A DNA stretch of 64,000 nt, taken from contig NW_027266274.1 of assembly GCF_022045235.1 (NCBI RefSeq), positions 3,100,001 to 3,164,000 on the forward strand. Direction: 5' to 3'. Shown one piece after another: positions 38,582 through 52,300 of the stretch; position 1 is the first letter of the stretch, and each line of letters opens with the position of its first letter. The DNA comes from Haliotis cracherodii. Its lineage: Eukaryota. The position numbers were made by a program, and so were the translations under genes. The notes under the pieces were generated by a model. It was not told the origin of the DNA, did not search any database, and saw only the letters and a program-made list of their open reading frames with translations.

Positions 38582-39548
38582 GGTGTGGTCACATGACATG
38601 CTACAGGCAAGCCTCCGTATCACTGAAGTACAGACAGTACAGCAATACAGACAGTCAGACAGGGCCTCCGGTGTGGTCACATGACATGCTACAGGCAAGC
38701 CTCCGTATCACTGAAGTACAGACAGTACAGCAATACAGACAGTCAGACAGGGCCTCCGGTGTGGTCACATGACATGCTACAGGCAAGCCTCCGTATCACT
38801 GAAGTACAGACAGTAAGGCAATACAGAGTCAGACAGGGCCTGCGGTGTGGTCACATGACATGCTACAGGCAAGCCTCCGTATCACTGAAGTACAGACAGT
38901 ACAGCAATACAGACAGTCAGACAGGGCCTCCGGTGTGGTCACATGACATGCTACAGGCAAGCCTCCGTATCACTGAAGTACAGACAGTACAGCAATACAG
39001 ACAGTCAGACAGGGCCTCCGGTGTGGTCACATGACATGCTACAGGCAAGCCTCCGTATCACTGAAGTACAGACAGTACAGCAATACAGACAGTCAGACAG
39101 GGCCTCCGGTGTGGTCACATGACATGCTACAGGCAAGCCTCCGTATAACTGAAGTACAGACAGTACAGCAATACAGACAGTCAGACAGGGCCTCCGGTGT
39201 GGTCACATGACATGCTACAGGCAAGCCTCCGTATCACTGAAGTACAGACAGTACAGCAATACAGACAGTCAGACAGGGCATCCGGTGTGGTCACATGACA
39301 TGCTACAGGCAAGCCTCCGTATCACTGAAGTACAGACAGTACAGCAATACACACAGTCAGACAGGGTCTCCGGTGTGGTCACATGACATGCTACAGGCAA
39401 GCCTCCGTATCACTGAAGTACAGACAGTACAGCAATACAGACAGTCAGACAGGGCATCCGGTGTGGTCACATGACATGCTACAGGCAAGCCTCCGTATCA
39501 CTGAAGTACAGACAGTACAGCAATACAGACAGTCAGACAGGGCCTCTG
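38582..39548. repeat. 88-bp tandem repeat, about 11 near-identical copies
   Basis: Unit starts ggtgtggtcacatgacatgctacaggcaagcctccgtatcactgaagtacagacag; unit starts at 38582, 38670, 38758. Confidence 0.95.
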
Positions 39549-39865
39549 GCTATCACATATTCATTAAACCCAATACGTAGGACAGATATGTCAACATGGT
39601 AAAACAAGGTTTTCCACACACACTCTTCCTTCATCTATACTTGTGAATGAGGCATGATGTCACTGTGGAATGCAATGACACCGTAAAACAATGACTAACA
39701 TCAACAACTGAACAGCCCCACGAGCAGATCGCCCAGAAAATCAACTGTTACTAAAGGCATTTTTTCAGTCAATTATTATCAAATAGAATACATAATAAAA
39801 ACAGTCTTGATGTAACCACATGAAATGGCAAAGACCAGAAGATATCTGGGCTGAGAGTTCCATGT

Positions 39866-39986
39866 AACAATAGAGTTCAACCAATCAGACGGCAGCTCAT
39901 ACATCCAACAATAGAGTTCAACCAATCAGACTGCAGCTCATACATCCAACAATAGAGTTCAACCAATCAGACTGCAGCTCATACAT
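39866..39986. repeat. 41-bp tandem repeat, 3 copies
   Basis: aacaatagagttcaaccaatcagactgcagctcatacatcc repeated three times. Confidence 0.85.
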
Positions 39987-40397
39987 CTATCATTTCACAA
40001 TCATAGTTAATTGCTGCCAAAAAAACAGGTTTTCAAGACATTCCTAACTGGCATTTCTTAAGTTGAAATCATTTAGTCTGGTAGTAATAATCATCGAAGT
40101 ATAATTTCCTACATGTCTGAGTTTGCACTTCCTTCACATACTGAAGTTAGGTTAACATGGGTTTTATCCTTTTACTGCCCAGTCACAATGTCATCTGTCT
40201 TATGACAAGTACACAATACACTGACGTTGACAAACTGCAAGATGCATCCAGCCAATGAGACACTGAGCACATGAGCAGTGATTGTAGCACATGTTTTACA
40301 TGGACAGTATTGTAGCAGCTGGTGTTTGCATAATGTGTCATATATTAACATGATATATACATGATGATGTGTGGAGCCCGCCGCCGGGGAGCAGGTG

Positions 40398-43300
40398 CTA
40401 TAAGTTGTACTTTGAGCGAGCGTATCTATCTTGTCCCTGGCAGTATTCATTGTAGATGAGCTTGAACAGGAACAGGTGGAAGATGATGATGAGGAAGGCA
40501 ATGGAAACCCAGAAGAGAGTGGGCAGTCCACCGAAGTGATGGCCGTGCCGATGTAAGGCAATCACATGGTGCTCGTGAGCAGGTGCTGAAACAGGGTTAG
40601 TTACAATGACACACACTTGATCAGATGTTCAAAAGAACTGGCATAAAAAACTAGCGAAAATGAATAGATTAATATGCATCCTGACATTGTTTGTTTATCT
40701 TAGAAAGTTAGCCTTTGGGGATATTTATGTGAATAAAAGTTTTTAAAAATATGATAATGTTCGGTTTCCACAAATTCATCAGATGAATTGAAACTGTCCC
40801 ATCCAGACTGACTGTGTGGGGCTGAGTGTTGTGGCTGTCCATGAGCCAAAGTACCAGAAGAACAACAGGCAACAGTCACAGCTTTACCTTCCTCTATGGC
40901 CTTGACATGTATAGCATGCTTCAGTTCCTCCACGTGAATCTTGTCCGCTGTGATGTACAGGATGGATGTCAACGGGTCGGTTAACTTCACAGGGAAGCGT
41001 TGCCACTCTTTGCTGTCAACATACAATCCATTAACATGGAAAACATGTAACAGTGTGATTTATACTCATCCAATTCGCACACTCACCCCAGTGACACCGG
41101 GGCATCCAGACAGTGTTATCAGGTCTATACTCACCCCAGTGGCACCGGGGCATCCAGACAGTGTTATCAGGTCTATACTCACCCCAGTGGCACCGGGGCA
41201 TCCAGACAGTGTTATCAGGTCTATACTCACCCCAGTGGCAACGGGGCATCCAGACACAGTGTTATCATGTATATACTCACCCCAGTGGCACCGGGGCATC
41301 CCGACATGTGTTATCAGGTATATACTCATCCCAGTGGCACCGGGGCATCCAGACACAGTGTTATCAGGTATATACTCACCCCAAGGGGCACCGGGGCATC
41401 CCGACATGTGTTATCAGGCATATACTCACCCCAGTGGCACCGGGGCATCCAGACACAGTGTTATCAGGTATATACTCACCCCAAGGGGCACCGGGGCATC
41501 CCGACATGTGTTATCAGGTATATACTCACCCCAGTGGCACCGGGGCATCCAGACACAGTGTTATCAGGTCTATAATCACCCCAGTGGCACCGGGGCATCC
41601 AGACACAGTGTTATCAGGTCTATACTCACCCCCGTGGCCTCGGGGCATCTAGAGATGTGTTATCAGGTCTATACTCACCCCAGTGGCACCGGGGCATCCA
41701 GACGTGTGTTATCAGGTATATACTCACCCCAGTGGCACCGGGGCATCTAGAGATGTGTTATCAGGTATATACTCACCCCAGTGGCACCGGGGCATCCAGA
41801 CACAGTGTTATCAGGTATATACTCACCCCAGTGGCACCGGGGCATCTAGAGATGTGTTATCAGGTATATACTCACCCCAGTGGCACCGGGGCATCCAGAC
41901 AACCAGCATCACAGGCATAGTAGGGCTTGTCATTCCTGTCCAGGGCCACATACAGGTTGGCCTTATTGTCCTCCCCAACGGTGACACTGATGTTGACATG
42001 GGTGTTGTTGCCGTAGTTGATGCGACGAAAGAAGAAATCTCTATGTAAATCTTTCGGGTGTATAGCCATCTCCAGATGAGAGTTGTGGAAACGAAGTGCT
42101 CCAAAGCTAAGCATCATGGCCTGGAGGACCCCTTCAGCTCCTGCCGAGAAAGCAGATCTCTTGTTCTGAGTAGCTTCATAATATTCCTCCATATACAGGT
42201 CATATATTAGCCACTCGTTACTTCCTCATATTCTTTGCTTAAGTGATTAAGTAAGGTTCTATGCTGCCGCAAGCAATGTTCCAGCAATATTACAACAAGG
42301 GACGAGAACAATGGGACTCATAGATTGTACCTGAGTGGGTATTCAAACCAAAGACTTCAGTGTGCCGAGTGAATACTTTTATCTCTAGGTTATCTAGGCC
42401 CATCTTGTCAGAAACAAACAACCGATTAAAAGTAACTTTCCCACATCTGCATTATTTTTTCACATGGCTACATAAGTAATGTTTAAACATAATCAATTGC
42501 AACAATGGTCAATTCAGGTATATTGTTGTATATTGAGTTGAAATTGCCACCTGACTGCACCATGACCGCACAACCCTGCTTTTCCAGGGTGATCATCCAC
42601 GTTGTCACCACACGCGCTATCTGGTCTTCATCTTCGACATCAATCCACAGTTTGTCTGCTTGCCTGCAACAACATCACTTGATATACACTTGTATACTTG
42701 ATGTACACATTAGGTCAACTTACACATACAGAAGGTCAACACCACATACACAGGAGGTCAACTTAATATACAGTCAAGTCTTGTTAATCCGACAATCGTC
42801 TTTATCCGACACAAATGATAGGAACCGATTAAATCAGTGCTATTTAGACCCCTTAATCTGACAGTCTCGCACTCTGACTCCGACACACTGATTCTGCAAC
42901 AGATTGCTGAAACCACTCATTAAAATGTGAAAATTAGTTGTATTTTTGCAATGTCATTAATCAAAGATGAATGAATGAACAACAAAACAATATGAATATT
43001 TCGTATTTAATGATCTTACTACAAGGTACACATGCTTCTTATCTATCGTGAAGATGTCGGATTTTCGATGGCAAACGTTGATACTACTAAATTTCGCTTA
43101 TCCAACATACATGTTAATCCGACATAATCATGTCGGATTAACGGAACTTGACTGTATACATGTGGTCAACTTAATATACACCAGGGTCAACTTAATATAC
43201 ACCAGGGTCAACTTAATATATACAGTGGGTCAACTTAATATACACCTGGGTCAACTTAATATACACCAGGGTCAACTTAATATATACAGTGGGTCAACTT

Positions 43301-46300
43301 AATATACACCAGGGTCAACTTAATATACACCAGGGTCAACTTAATATATACAGTGGGTCAACTTAATATACACCAGGGTCAACTTAATATACACCAGGGT
43401 CAACTTAATATATACAGTGGGTCAACTTAATATACACAGTGGGTCAACTTAATATACACAGTGGATCAACTTAATATAATACAAGAGTTGGCCAGAAGGT
43501 CAACTTCATGCACACAGAGGGTGAACTTAATCCACACAGGGGGTCAGCTTCAAATAAATAGGGTCAACTTGTGGCTGAAGCTGCCTTATACATGAAGTCT
43601 CAGTCATGTGTACAGTCTCAGTTGTGATAGAGGAGAGAGTCATGTACAACTTACAGTGTTGAGTGTTCTCCATAGCATCTATCGGGGTAGTATAGAACCT
43701 TCTGTATGTTGATGCGCTGGGCTTTAGTGGTAGACGGGTCGTGTAGAGGAGCAGGCACATTACTCAGGACAAAGTATATTGTAGAGTTAATCTTGTCGCC
43801 ATTCAGAGCCCCACCTGCCTTGGAGTAGCTGATGCCGAAACCACTCTGCCACAACTGATGACAAAAGCATGGAATTAACTGCATATTTGTTTGTAATAAT
43901 AATCTGTCTCCTGAAAAAATGAAAATATAATGCTTAATATTTTCTTGTGAAGTGTAAAAGAACAAGCGTATAGTCGACGAAGTCATCTATATCCCCCGCC
44001 ATTTTATTACGTTATGGTCCCAAACCAGGTAACTGACCCAACATTTCTCTTAGGCCATGTCAAAATAGCTGCAATGGAAATTCTAAAATAAACATTTATA
44101 AAACTCCTTAATATCACATGGCACCAGTTCAGTATGTCCCTAGTAGACGTGCAAAGTTTTGTAAGAAAGTATTTAACGAACACCACCCTTATAGAACCTA
44201 AGTCCAACTTGTTGCCATGGAAACGAAAAACATAAAAATTTATAAAATTCCTTAATAGCAAAAGGCACCAGTACAGCATGAGTCTGATAGACATGCAAAG
44301 TTTCTTAGAGAAATATTTGACGGTTTCTGAGTTATGCTCCGGAAATGATTTCGGGACGCACACACGCACGCATGCACGCACACACACACGCACGCACACA
44401 CGCACACATGGACAGAACCCATTTCTATATTCCCCGCCAACTTCGTTGGGGCGGGGGATAATTAGCAAGTTGGGTTTAATGCTGCATTGAACAGTATTTT
44501 CAATACTGTTACTCTCTGTGCCAGTGTAAGTGTGGTATCACAGGGTACTGAAGTACACTCTGTACCAGTGTAAGTATGGTATCATAAGGTACTGAAGTAC
44601 TCTCTGTACCAGTGTAAGTGTGGTATCATAAGGTACTGAAGTACTCTCTGTACCAGTGTAAGTGTGGTATCATAAGGTACTGAAGTACTCTCTGTACCAG
44701 TGTAAGTGTGGTATCATAAGCTACTGAAGTACTCTCTGTACCAGTGTAAGTGTGGTATCATAAGCTACTGAAGTACTCTCTGTACCAGTGTAAGTGTGGT
44801 ATCATAAGCTACTGAAGTACTCTCTGTACCAGTGTAAGTGTGGTATCATAAGCTACTGAAGTACTCTCTGTACCAGTGTAAGTGTGGTATCATAGGGTAC
44901 TGAAGTACTCTCTGTACCAGTGTAAGTGTGGTATCATAAGGTACTGAAGTACTCTCTGTACCAGTGTAAGTGTGGTATCATAAGGTACTGAAGTACTCTC
45001 TGTACCAGTGTAAGTGTGGTATCATAAGCTACTGAAGTACTCTCTGTACCAGTGTAAGTGTGGTATCATAGGGTACTGAAGTACTCTCTGTACCAGTGTA
45101 AGTGTGGTATCATAAGCTACTGAAGTACTCTCTGTACCAGTGTAAGTGTGGTATCATAAGCTACTGAAGTACTCTCTGTACCAGTGTAAGTGTGGTATCA
45201 TAAGCTACTGAAGTACTCTCTGTACCAGTGTGTTTTCAGCAACATCTGAGAGTAAGGTACGAGGGGTGGCTGAAGTTTTGAGCCTAAATAAGATGGACTG
45301 CATTGATGGAATTGGGTGCTGTACATTTGTCTACATAATCCCCACCGGGCTCCACACACTTCTATCAGTCATGCCGGAGTGGCTTCCTCCTCATGGTGAA
45401 AAAAGTTCTCCACAAGGGAAATAACTTCATCATCATTTGCATAATGCTTGCCAGACAGTTTTTCTTCAAACTTTGGAAGAGGTGGAAATCTGATGGTGTC
45501 AAATCTGGTGTATGCGGAGGTTGTTTAATGATTTCAAAACAAGTCGTATATTGAAGCCATGGCAACAACACACTTGGGCACAGGTGCATTGTTCTTGTGA
45601 AACAACACATCTTTAGCAAGTTTTCCACGATGTCTAAGATTGATATTCCCAAGCAGTTTGCTGAAGCAGATTAGAACTATAGTGGCCATTATTGGTCTGA
45701 CTTTTGGAGGGATAGTCAACCATTACGAGCCCTTGGAATCACAGAAAATCAAAACATCATCTTGCCAGCTGATGGCAGAAACTTTGCCTTATTCATCGGA
45801 GGAGATGTTACATCTTTCCACTGCTTTGACTGTTGTTCAGTCCAAGGCTGATTGTGGTGAACCCAAGACTCATCCATGGTGACACCTCGCTGAACACAAT
45901 CAGCTGGGTCTACTTCAAAATGACAAGGGATGATGGTCTTGTCTTGTTCATGTCTTGGACCATCGTCGGCACTCTCCCTTCTCCCATGCCCACCTCCTAA
46001 CAGTGGCAACGAAAGGAGCATCATCCCCTAAAGGTTGACACCATGTCTGCATGGTTAGCTGTTGTAATTAGCCCTTTCAGTTGGGAGATACTTGATTACA
46101 GCATAGTAGCCAAATTTGTCTGCATATAATGTGGGAGGATATAGTCATCATCTGATCAGTCTGTCTGTCTGTCTGTTCGTATTTTGTTTCCGGAACATAA
46201 CATGAAAACTGTGAAAAAAAAATCATCCAAACTTGGTCCATGTATTAACCAGGGCCTGAAGTGGTGTCTTTTGCGATTTTCATCTTTTGTTAACTCTTGT

Positions 46301-49300
46301 TCATCAAGAGAGAATACCTTGTCACTTTGATATCTGTTGTGTATTTGGTTCTAACTACTTTACTGAACACATGCAAGCAGTTACGGGTGTACCATACATG
46401 GTAGTGAGGCTCAGAATGTTTCTGCCATCCTTTGTATGTAGACAGTAAGGTAGGTGTACTCACGGATGCCCACACTCTGGTGTGCTCCTGAAGCAAATGC
46501 TTCCCATCAATATTTAATGCTTTTTCCATATCCTGAAACAAATACATGCATGTTTACACCAACATGAAGAAACCAGAAGCTTATAAGGTTTCTAAATTGT
46601 GTTTTAAGATATTTCCTACATTAATCTGGATAATCTATCTGTAGGTTGTAGCGACAAGTGACTTGACTTCAAACATGTCATAGATCTGTCACATCCTCTA
46701 TAGACTTAAGATATCATTGTTTGAAAAAAACATAAGTAGTCCCATTCACTGTGCTCCTAAGTACATGGTTAATTTAGACTTACTATCTTGACTTGGGAGA
46801 GGAGGTCAGGGACTAAATGTGGCACCTCATGCTTGTCTGCAGGCTTGGTGTAATGTACCACAGTCAGGATGTGATACAGCTTTGTTCTGGAACAGAGTAA
46901 CAAGTAACACTTGAAATGCTATCAGTCAAAATACATGTACTAATATATCAGTGTCTGGCTGCACTGTCCATCAACCAGTGACTGAGTACCTGTCTAGCTG
47001 CACTGTTTATCTACCAGTGACTGAGTACCTGTCAGGCTGCACTGTTTATCTACCAGTGACTGAGTACCTGTCCATCTACCAGTGACTGAGTACCTGTCAG
47101 GCTGCACTGTCCATCTACCAGTGACTGAGTACCTGTCTGGCTGCACTGTCCATCTACCAGTGACTGAGTACCTGTCTATCTACCAGTGACTGAGTACCTG
47201 TCCATCTACCAGTGACTGAGTACCTGTCCATCTACCAGTGACTGAGTACCTGTCAGGCTGCACTGTCCATCTACCAGTGACTGAGTACCTGTCTGGCTGC
47301 ACTGTCCATCTACCAGTGACTGAGTACCTGTCCATCTACCAGTGACTGAGTACCTGTCCATCTACCAGTGACTGAGTACCTGTCTGGCTGCACTGTCCAT
47401 CTACCAGTGACTGAGTACCTGTCTATCTACCAGTGACTGAGTACCTGTCCATCTACCAGTGACTGAGTACCTGTCCATCTACCAGTGACTGAGTACCTGT
47501 CTATCTACCAGTGACTGAGTACCTGTCCATCTACCAGTGACTGAGTACCTGTCCATCTACTAGTGACTGAGTACCTGTCCATCTACCAGTGACTGAGTAC
47601 CTGTCTGGCTGCACTGTCCATCTACCAGTGACTGAGTACCTGTCCATCTACCAGTGACTGAGTACCTGTCCATCTACCAGTGACTGAGTACCTGTCCATC
47701 TACCAGTGACTGAGTACCTGTCCATCTACCAGTGACTGAGTACCTGTCCATCTACCAGTGACTGAGTAGCTGTCCATCTACCAGTGACTGAGTACCTGTC
47801 CATCTACCAGTGACTGAGTACCTGTCCATCTACCAGTGACTGAGTACCTGTCTGGCTGCACTGTCCATCTACCAGTGACTGAGTACCTGTCTATCTACCA
47901 GTGACTGAGTACCTGTCCATCTACCAGTGACTGAGTACCTGTCCATCTACCAGTGACTGAGTACCTGTCCATCTACCAGTGACTGAGTACCTGTCCATCT
48001 ACCAGTGACTGAGTACCTGTCTGGCTGCACTGTGACCGTGCTGGAGTCCAGGTAGACCATGCCTATAGCGGCTGCCACTACTGATGTGGATTCAGGGATC
48101 TGCACAATGCCAGTTGTCACTTTGTATGAGACATTTTCACCTGTAGATGTCTTGCTCCTGCAGAACAGAAAGTAACTCAATTCCATCTTAAGACACTTCT
48201 CACAAAGATATTACAAAATTACTTAAGAAATATTGCCAGGACATTACCATGTTCATTTAAAATTGTTATACGTTGTTAAATATTTAGGAGAGAGGGCTGC
48301 ATGATCCCAATGGAACATTCTGGAAACTGTAAAGAATCTTGTGAAGGTAAAAAGTATCCATGTAAAGCATGAAGATTTCATTAAAATTAATATATTTGTA
48401 CGTGTCAGGAAAATTATATAGAACCCAGCAGTGGTTTACAAAGTCAGCTTACAGAAATTGCTGTGTCTTGGAGTCCGTCCATCCCGAGGGCCCAATCTGA
48501 TCCAGCTCAACAGTAACGGCAGATTGCTTAAATGAAATGTTGGCATACAATAAACAGATTCAGTTAACTTGTAACTTTGTTTGGTTGCTGTTTTACACCT
48601 CTCTCAAAAATATTCCAGTGATATAATGGCAGCCTGTAAATAATCCAGTCTGGACCAGACAATGCAAGTTGCAAGCAGCAGTCGCTGGCTGAAAGTGTGT
48701 TTGCAAAGTGTGACATCAGGACAATAACTTATGAAAACCCAAAACATCCAGTGAGCATATGTCCATGTGGTTTTCTCCCTAAGTTTCCAACACTACCTTC
48801 TTCCTCACTTCTATCCTCCAAAGTAATTTTTGGTTGGGCATAATCTGATTAATGGGGTATTTTGTAATTTTCTTTGATACGATTTATCTACGATAACCAT
48901 GAGAAAAAATATGCCTTCTAACCATGCTAATAGTTGGAGAATAAACCTGTTTTGGTACCCGATTGAAATAATTAACTGCTAGATCTCTCAAACATTTCAT
49001 CAAATAAATTAATTGCTGGTCACTTAAAGGAGACGATTTTCTTGGCCTTTCACCTCTCAGTCATTTTTCCAATAATTCGCACTGCCAAAAACATTTGGAA
49101 GGTTTTTGAATAGTTCTAGGGTTTACACCGGTTAAGTATGAAACCTTCTGATCGGGGATCATAAAACTTCTCTGGTCAGCATGGGCAGAAGTCAATTTGT
49201 TGGGCTCAGGAGGCCTGATAACAAAATATTCTGAGGGACACAACTCAGACTAGCCGGGGTCTAGACAAACAACATACACATATAATTTGTTCACATAATT

Positions 49301-52300
49301 CATAAATCAATTTGAGTACATCTACCCGGCACGAGACAGGTAAACACAAGCACTTGCCACAAAACTCTTATTACATCATGCGACATACTTTTTGGCCAGC
49401 GACTGTATCCCAGATTCCCTATTGTATTTGGAACATATTTTCAGCACATTGTGAGTAGGGCCACTTGATACTTACAGTTGGGTTCTGTATACGGATGTCC
49501 TGCACAAGGACAGATGGATGTGATCGATGAGCGTATAGTTTGGAGCCAATGCTGACACAGTTCCAACCCTGTTGGAAACAGAAACATGATCAGTCATATG
49601 TGGCACCCTTGCTTTACATGATCAGTCACTGGTGGCACCCCTGTGTTACATGATCAGTCACTGGTGGCACCCCTGTGTTACATGATCAGTCACTTGTAGC
49701 ACCCCTGCTATACATGATCAGACACTTGTAGCACCCCTGCTATAAATGATCAGACACTTGTAGCACCCCTGCTATACATGATCAGACACTTGTAGCACCC
49801 TTGCTTTACATGATCAGTCACTGGTGCCACCCCTGTGTTACATGATCAGTCACTGGTGGCACCCCTGTGTTACATGATCAGTCACTTGTAGCACCCCTGC
49901 TATACATGATCAGACACTTGTAGCACCCCTGCTATACATGATCAGACACTTGTAGCACCCCTGCTATACATGATCAGACACTTGTAGCACCCTTGCTTTA
50001 CATGATCAGTCACTTGTAGCACCCCTGCTATACATGATCAGACACTTGTAGCACCCCTGCTATACATGATCAGACACTTGTAGCACCCCTGCTATACATG
50101 ATCAGACACTTGTAGCACCCCTGTGTTACATGATCAGTCACTTGTAACACCCCTGTGTTACATGATCAGTCACTTGTAGCACCCCTGTGTTACATGATCA
50201 GTCACTTGTAGCACCCCTGCTATACATGATCAGACACTTGTAGCACCCCTGTGTTACATGATCAGTCACTGGTAGCACCCCTGCTATACATGATCAGTCA
50301 CTTGTAGCACCCCTGCTTTACATGATCAGTCACTGGTAGCACCCCTGTGTTACATGATCAGTCACTTGTAGCACCCCTGCTTTACATGATCAGTCACTTG
50401 TAGCACCCCTGCTATACATGATCAGTCACTTGTAGCACCCCTGCTTTACATGATCAGTCACTTGTAGCACCCCTGCTATACATGATCAGACACTTGTAGC
50501 ACCCCTGTGTTACATGATTAGTCACTTGTAGCACCCCTGCTTTACATGATCAGTCACTTGTAGCACCCCTGCTATACATGATCAGACACTTGTAGCACCC
50601 CTGTGTTACATGATCAGTCACTTGTAGCACCCCTGCTTTACATGATCAGTCACTTGTAGCACCCCTGCTATACATGATCAGACACTTGTAGCACCCCTGT
50701 GTTACATGATCAGTCACTTGTAGCACCCCTGTGTTACATGATCAGTCACTTGTAGCACCCCTGCTTTACATGATCAGTCACTTGTAGCATCCCCGTTTTA
50801 CATGATCAGTCACTTGTAGCACCCCTGCTTTACATGATCAGTCACTTGTAGTACCCCTGTGTTACATGATCAGTCACTTGTAGCACCCTTGCTTTACATG
50901 ATCAGTCACTTGTAGCACCCCTGTGTTACATGATCAGTCACAAGTGGCTGCCTTAGCTTTTAATAGACAGGTTAACATGGAGTAACCTTACATCCCCGCC
51001 TAAAGTTTCTTGTACAACTGATTTAAAATAAAGTGAAGTGTTTTCAGCTTCCTGACAGATGGACCTTTGTCAGATGTTAGATAGTGTGTACTCTCTCACC
51101 CTCTTCACTGTCTGCATCCGGAAGGCCACCCCTGCCTTCATATCCACAGCGAATGCCTCTGTAACAGAGTGTTATATGTTCTTGTGACATACCACTAATA
51201 ACATTTCCATTGGAATTTAATCTTTGCATTGGATGTGATGGATATGATGAGGAGGATGATGATGGTAGTGGCTACATTATACATGTTCATGTCATCATGG
51301 AGATATCTCTACAACAGGGGGAATCAATACAAGTTACATAACTCACCTCTCGATGGTTCTCCATCAACCTGAGTTTGAACAACTGGGTAGAACTTGACCG
51401 GCAGAGACAGAGCTCTGTTCAAACGGATAAAGAGTCCATTCTGTGAGTCAAATGCTGCCGCTACCTTACCATTGCCTGTTTTGAAGAAAGTACTGAAAAA
51501 TTACTGTCCATCTGACATCAACCAGTATTTGACTTCACTGCGTTGTTAAACTAAAATATTGGTAGAAATTGTGAATGTATGACATAACTTTCTGTGGCAA
51601 GAGAGATGACATAAATGTTGCTGATTCTCAGTTAGGTGGCCTAGCTTTGATTGCTGTCAGTGACACATAATATACAGTAGAATGCCTCTACCAGGAACTT
51701 GAAGGGACAAACCCTCCAGGTTGAAGATATCAAGTGATTCGAGATACAGATACAAAACATGTTACCAATATTCATTTTAATTCTTTCTTTTCACTGCACA
51801 CTACGATGACTGAGCACCAATTTACATGTTACATGATACCATACATTTATTTAAAACTGGAACAAATTCACTGACACCTGATGAAGCATGTCTACATAAC
51901 ATGACATAGTTGGCAACGTCACTACAGATGTTACAAATAACAATGTCGTAGCAGCGTTCCTTCACTCAGTTTACCTAATCCATGTCTTCTCTTAGAATCT
52001 GCCCTTTAGTTAAACCCACACACCACAATTACTAACTGTGAAAACACTGTGGTAACATCTCACAAGACAAGACGATGTTGTGATCCTTGTTAAAACTGAT
52101 CATTACAGTTGAACCACAGTTTACCAAATCATCAAAGACAAATGTTTAGGAAGAATTAATTTTTCATGTGCTTTCAGTAATTGTTGTTGTATACAATGTA
52201 TCAAAGTACAAAAGTAACCATGATAACTGGCAACCACAATAACCTAATGCTGACCACAACATTTGACAGGCATTTCCACCATGAAAGGACAGTGGGAAGA

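Noticed and set aside
2202-50940. Regular repeats resembling CRISPR arrays
   Set aside because: Units are head-to-tail with no unique spacers, there are no cas genes, and the context is spliceosomal.
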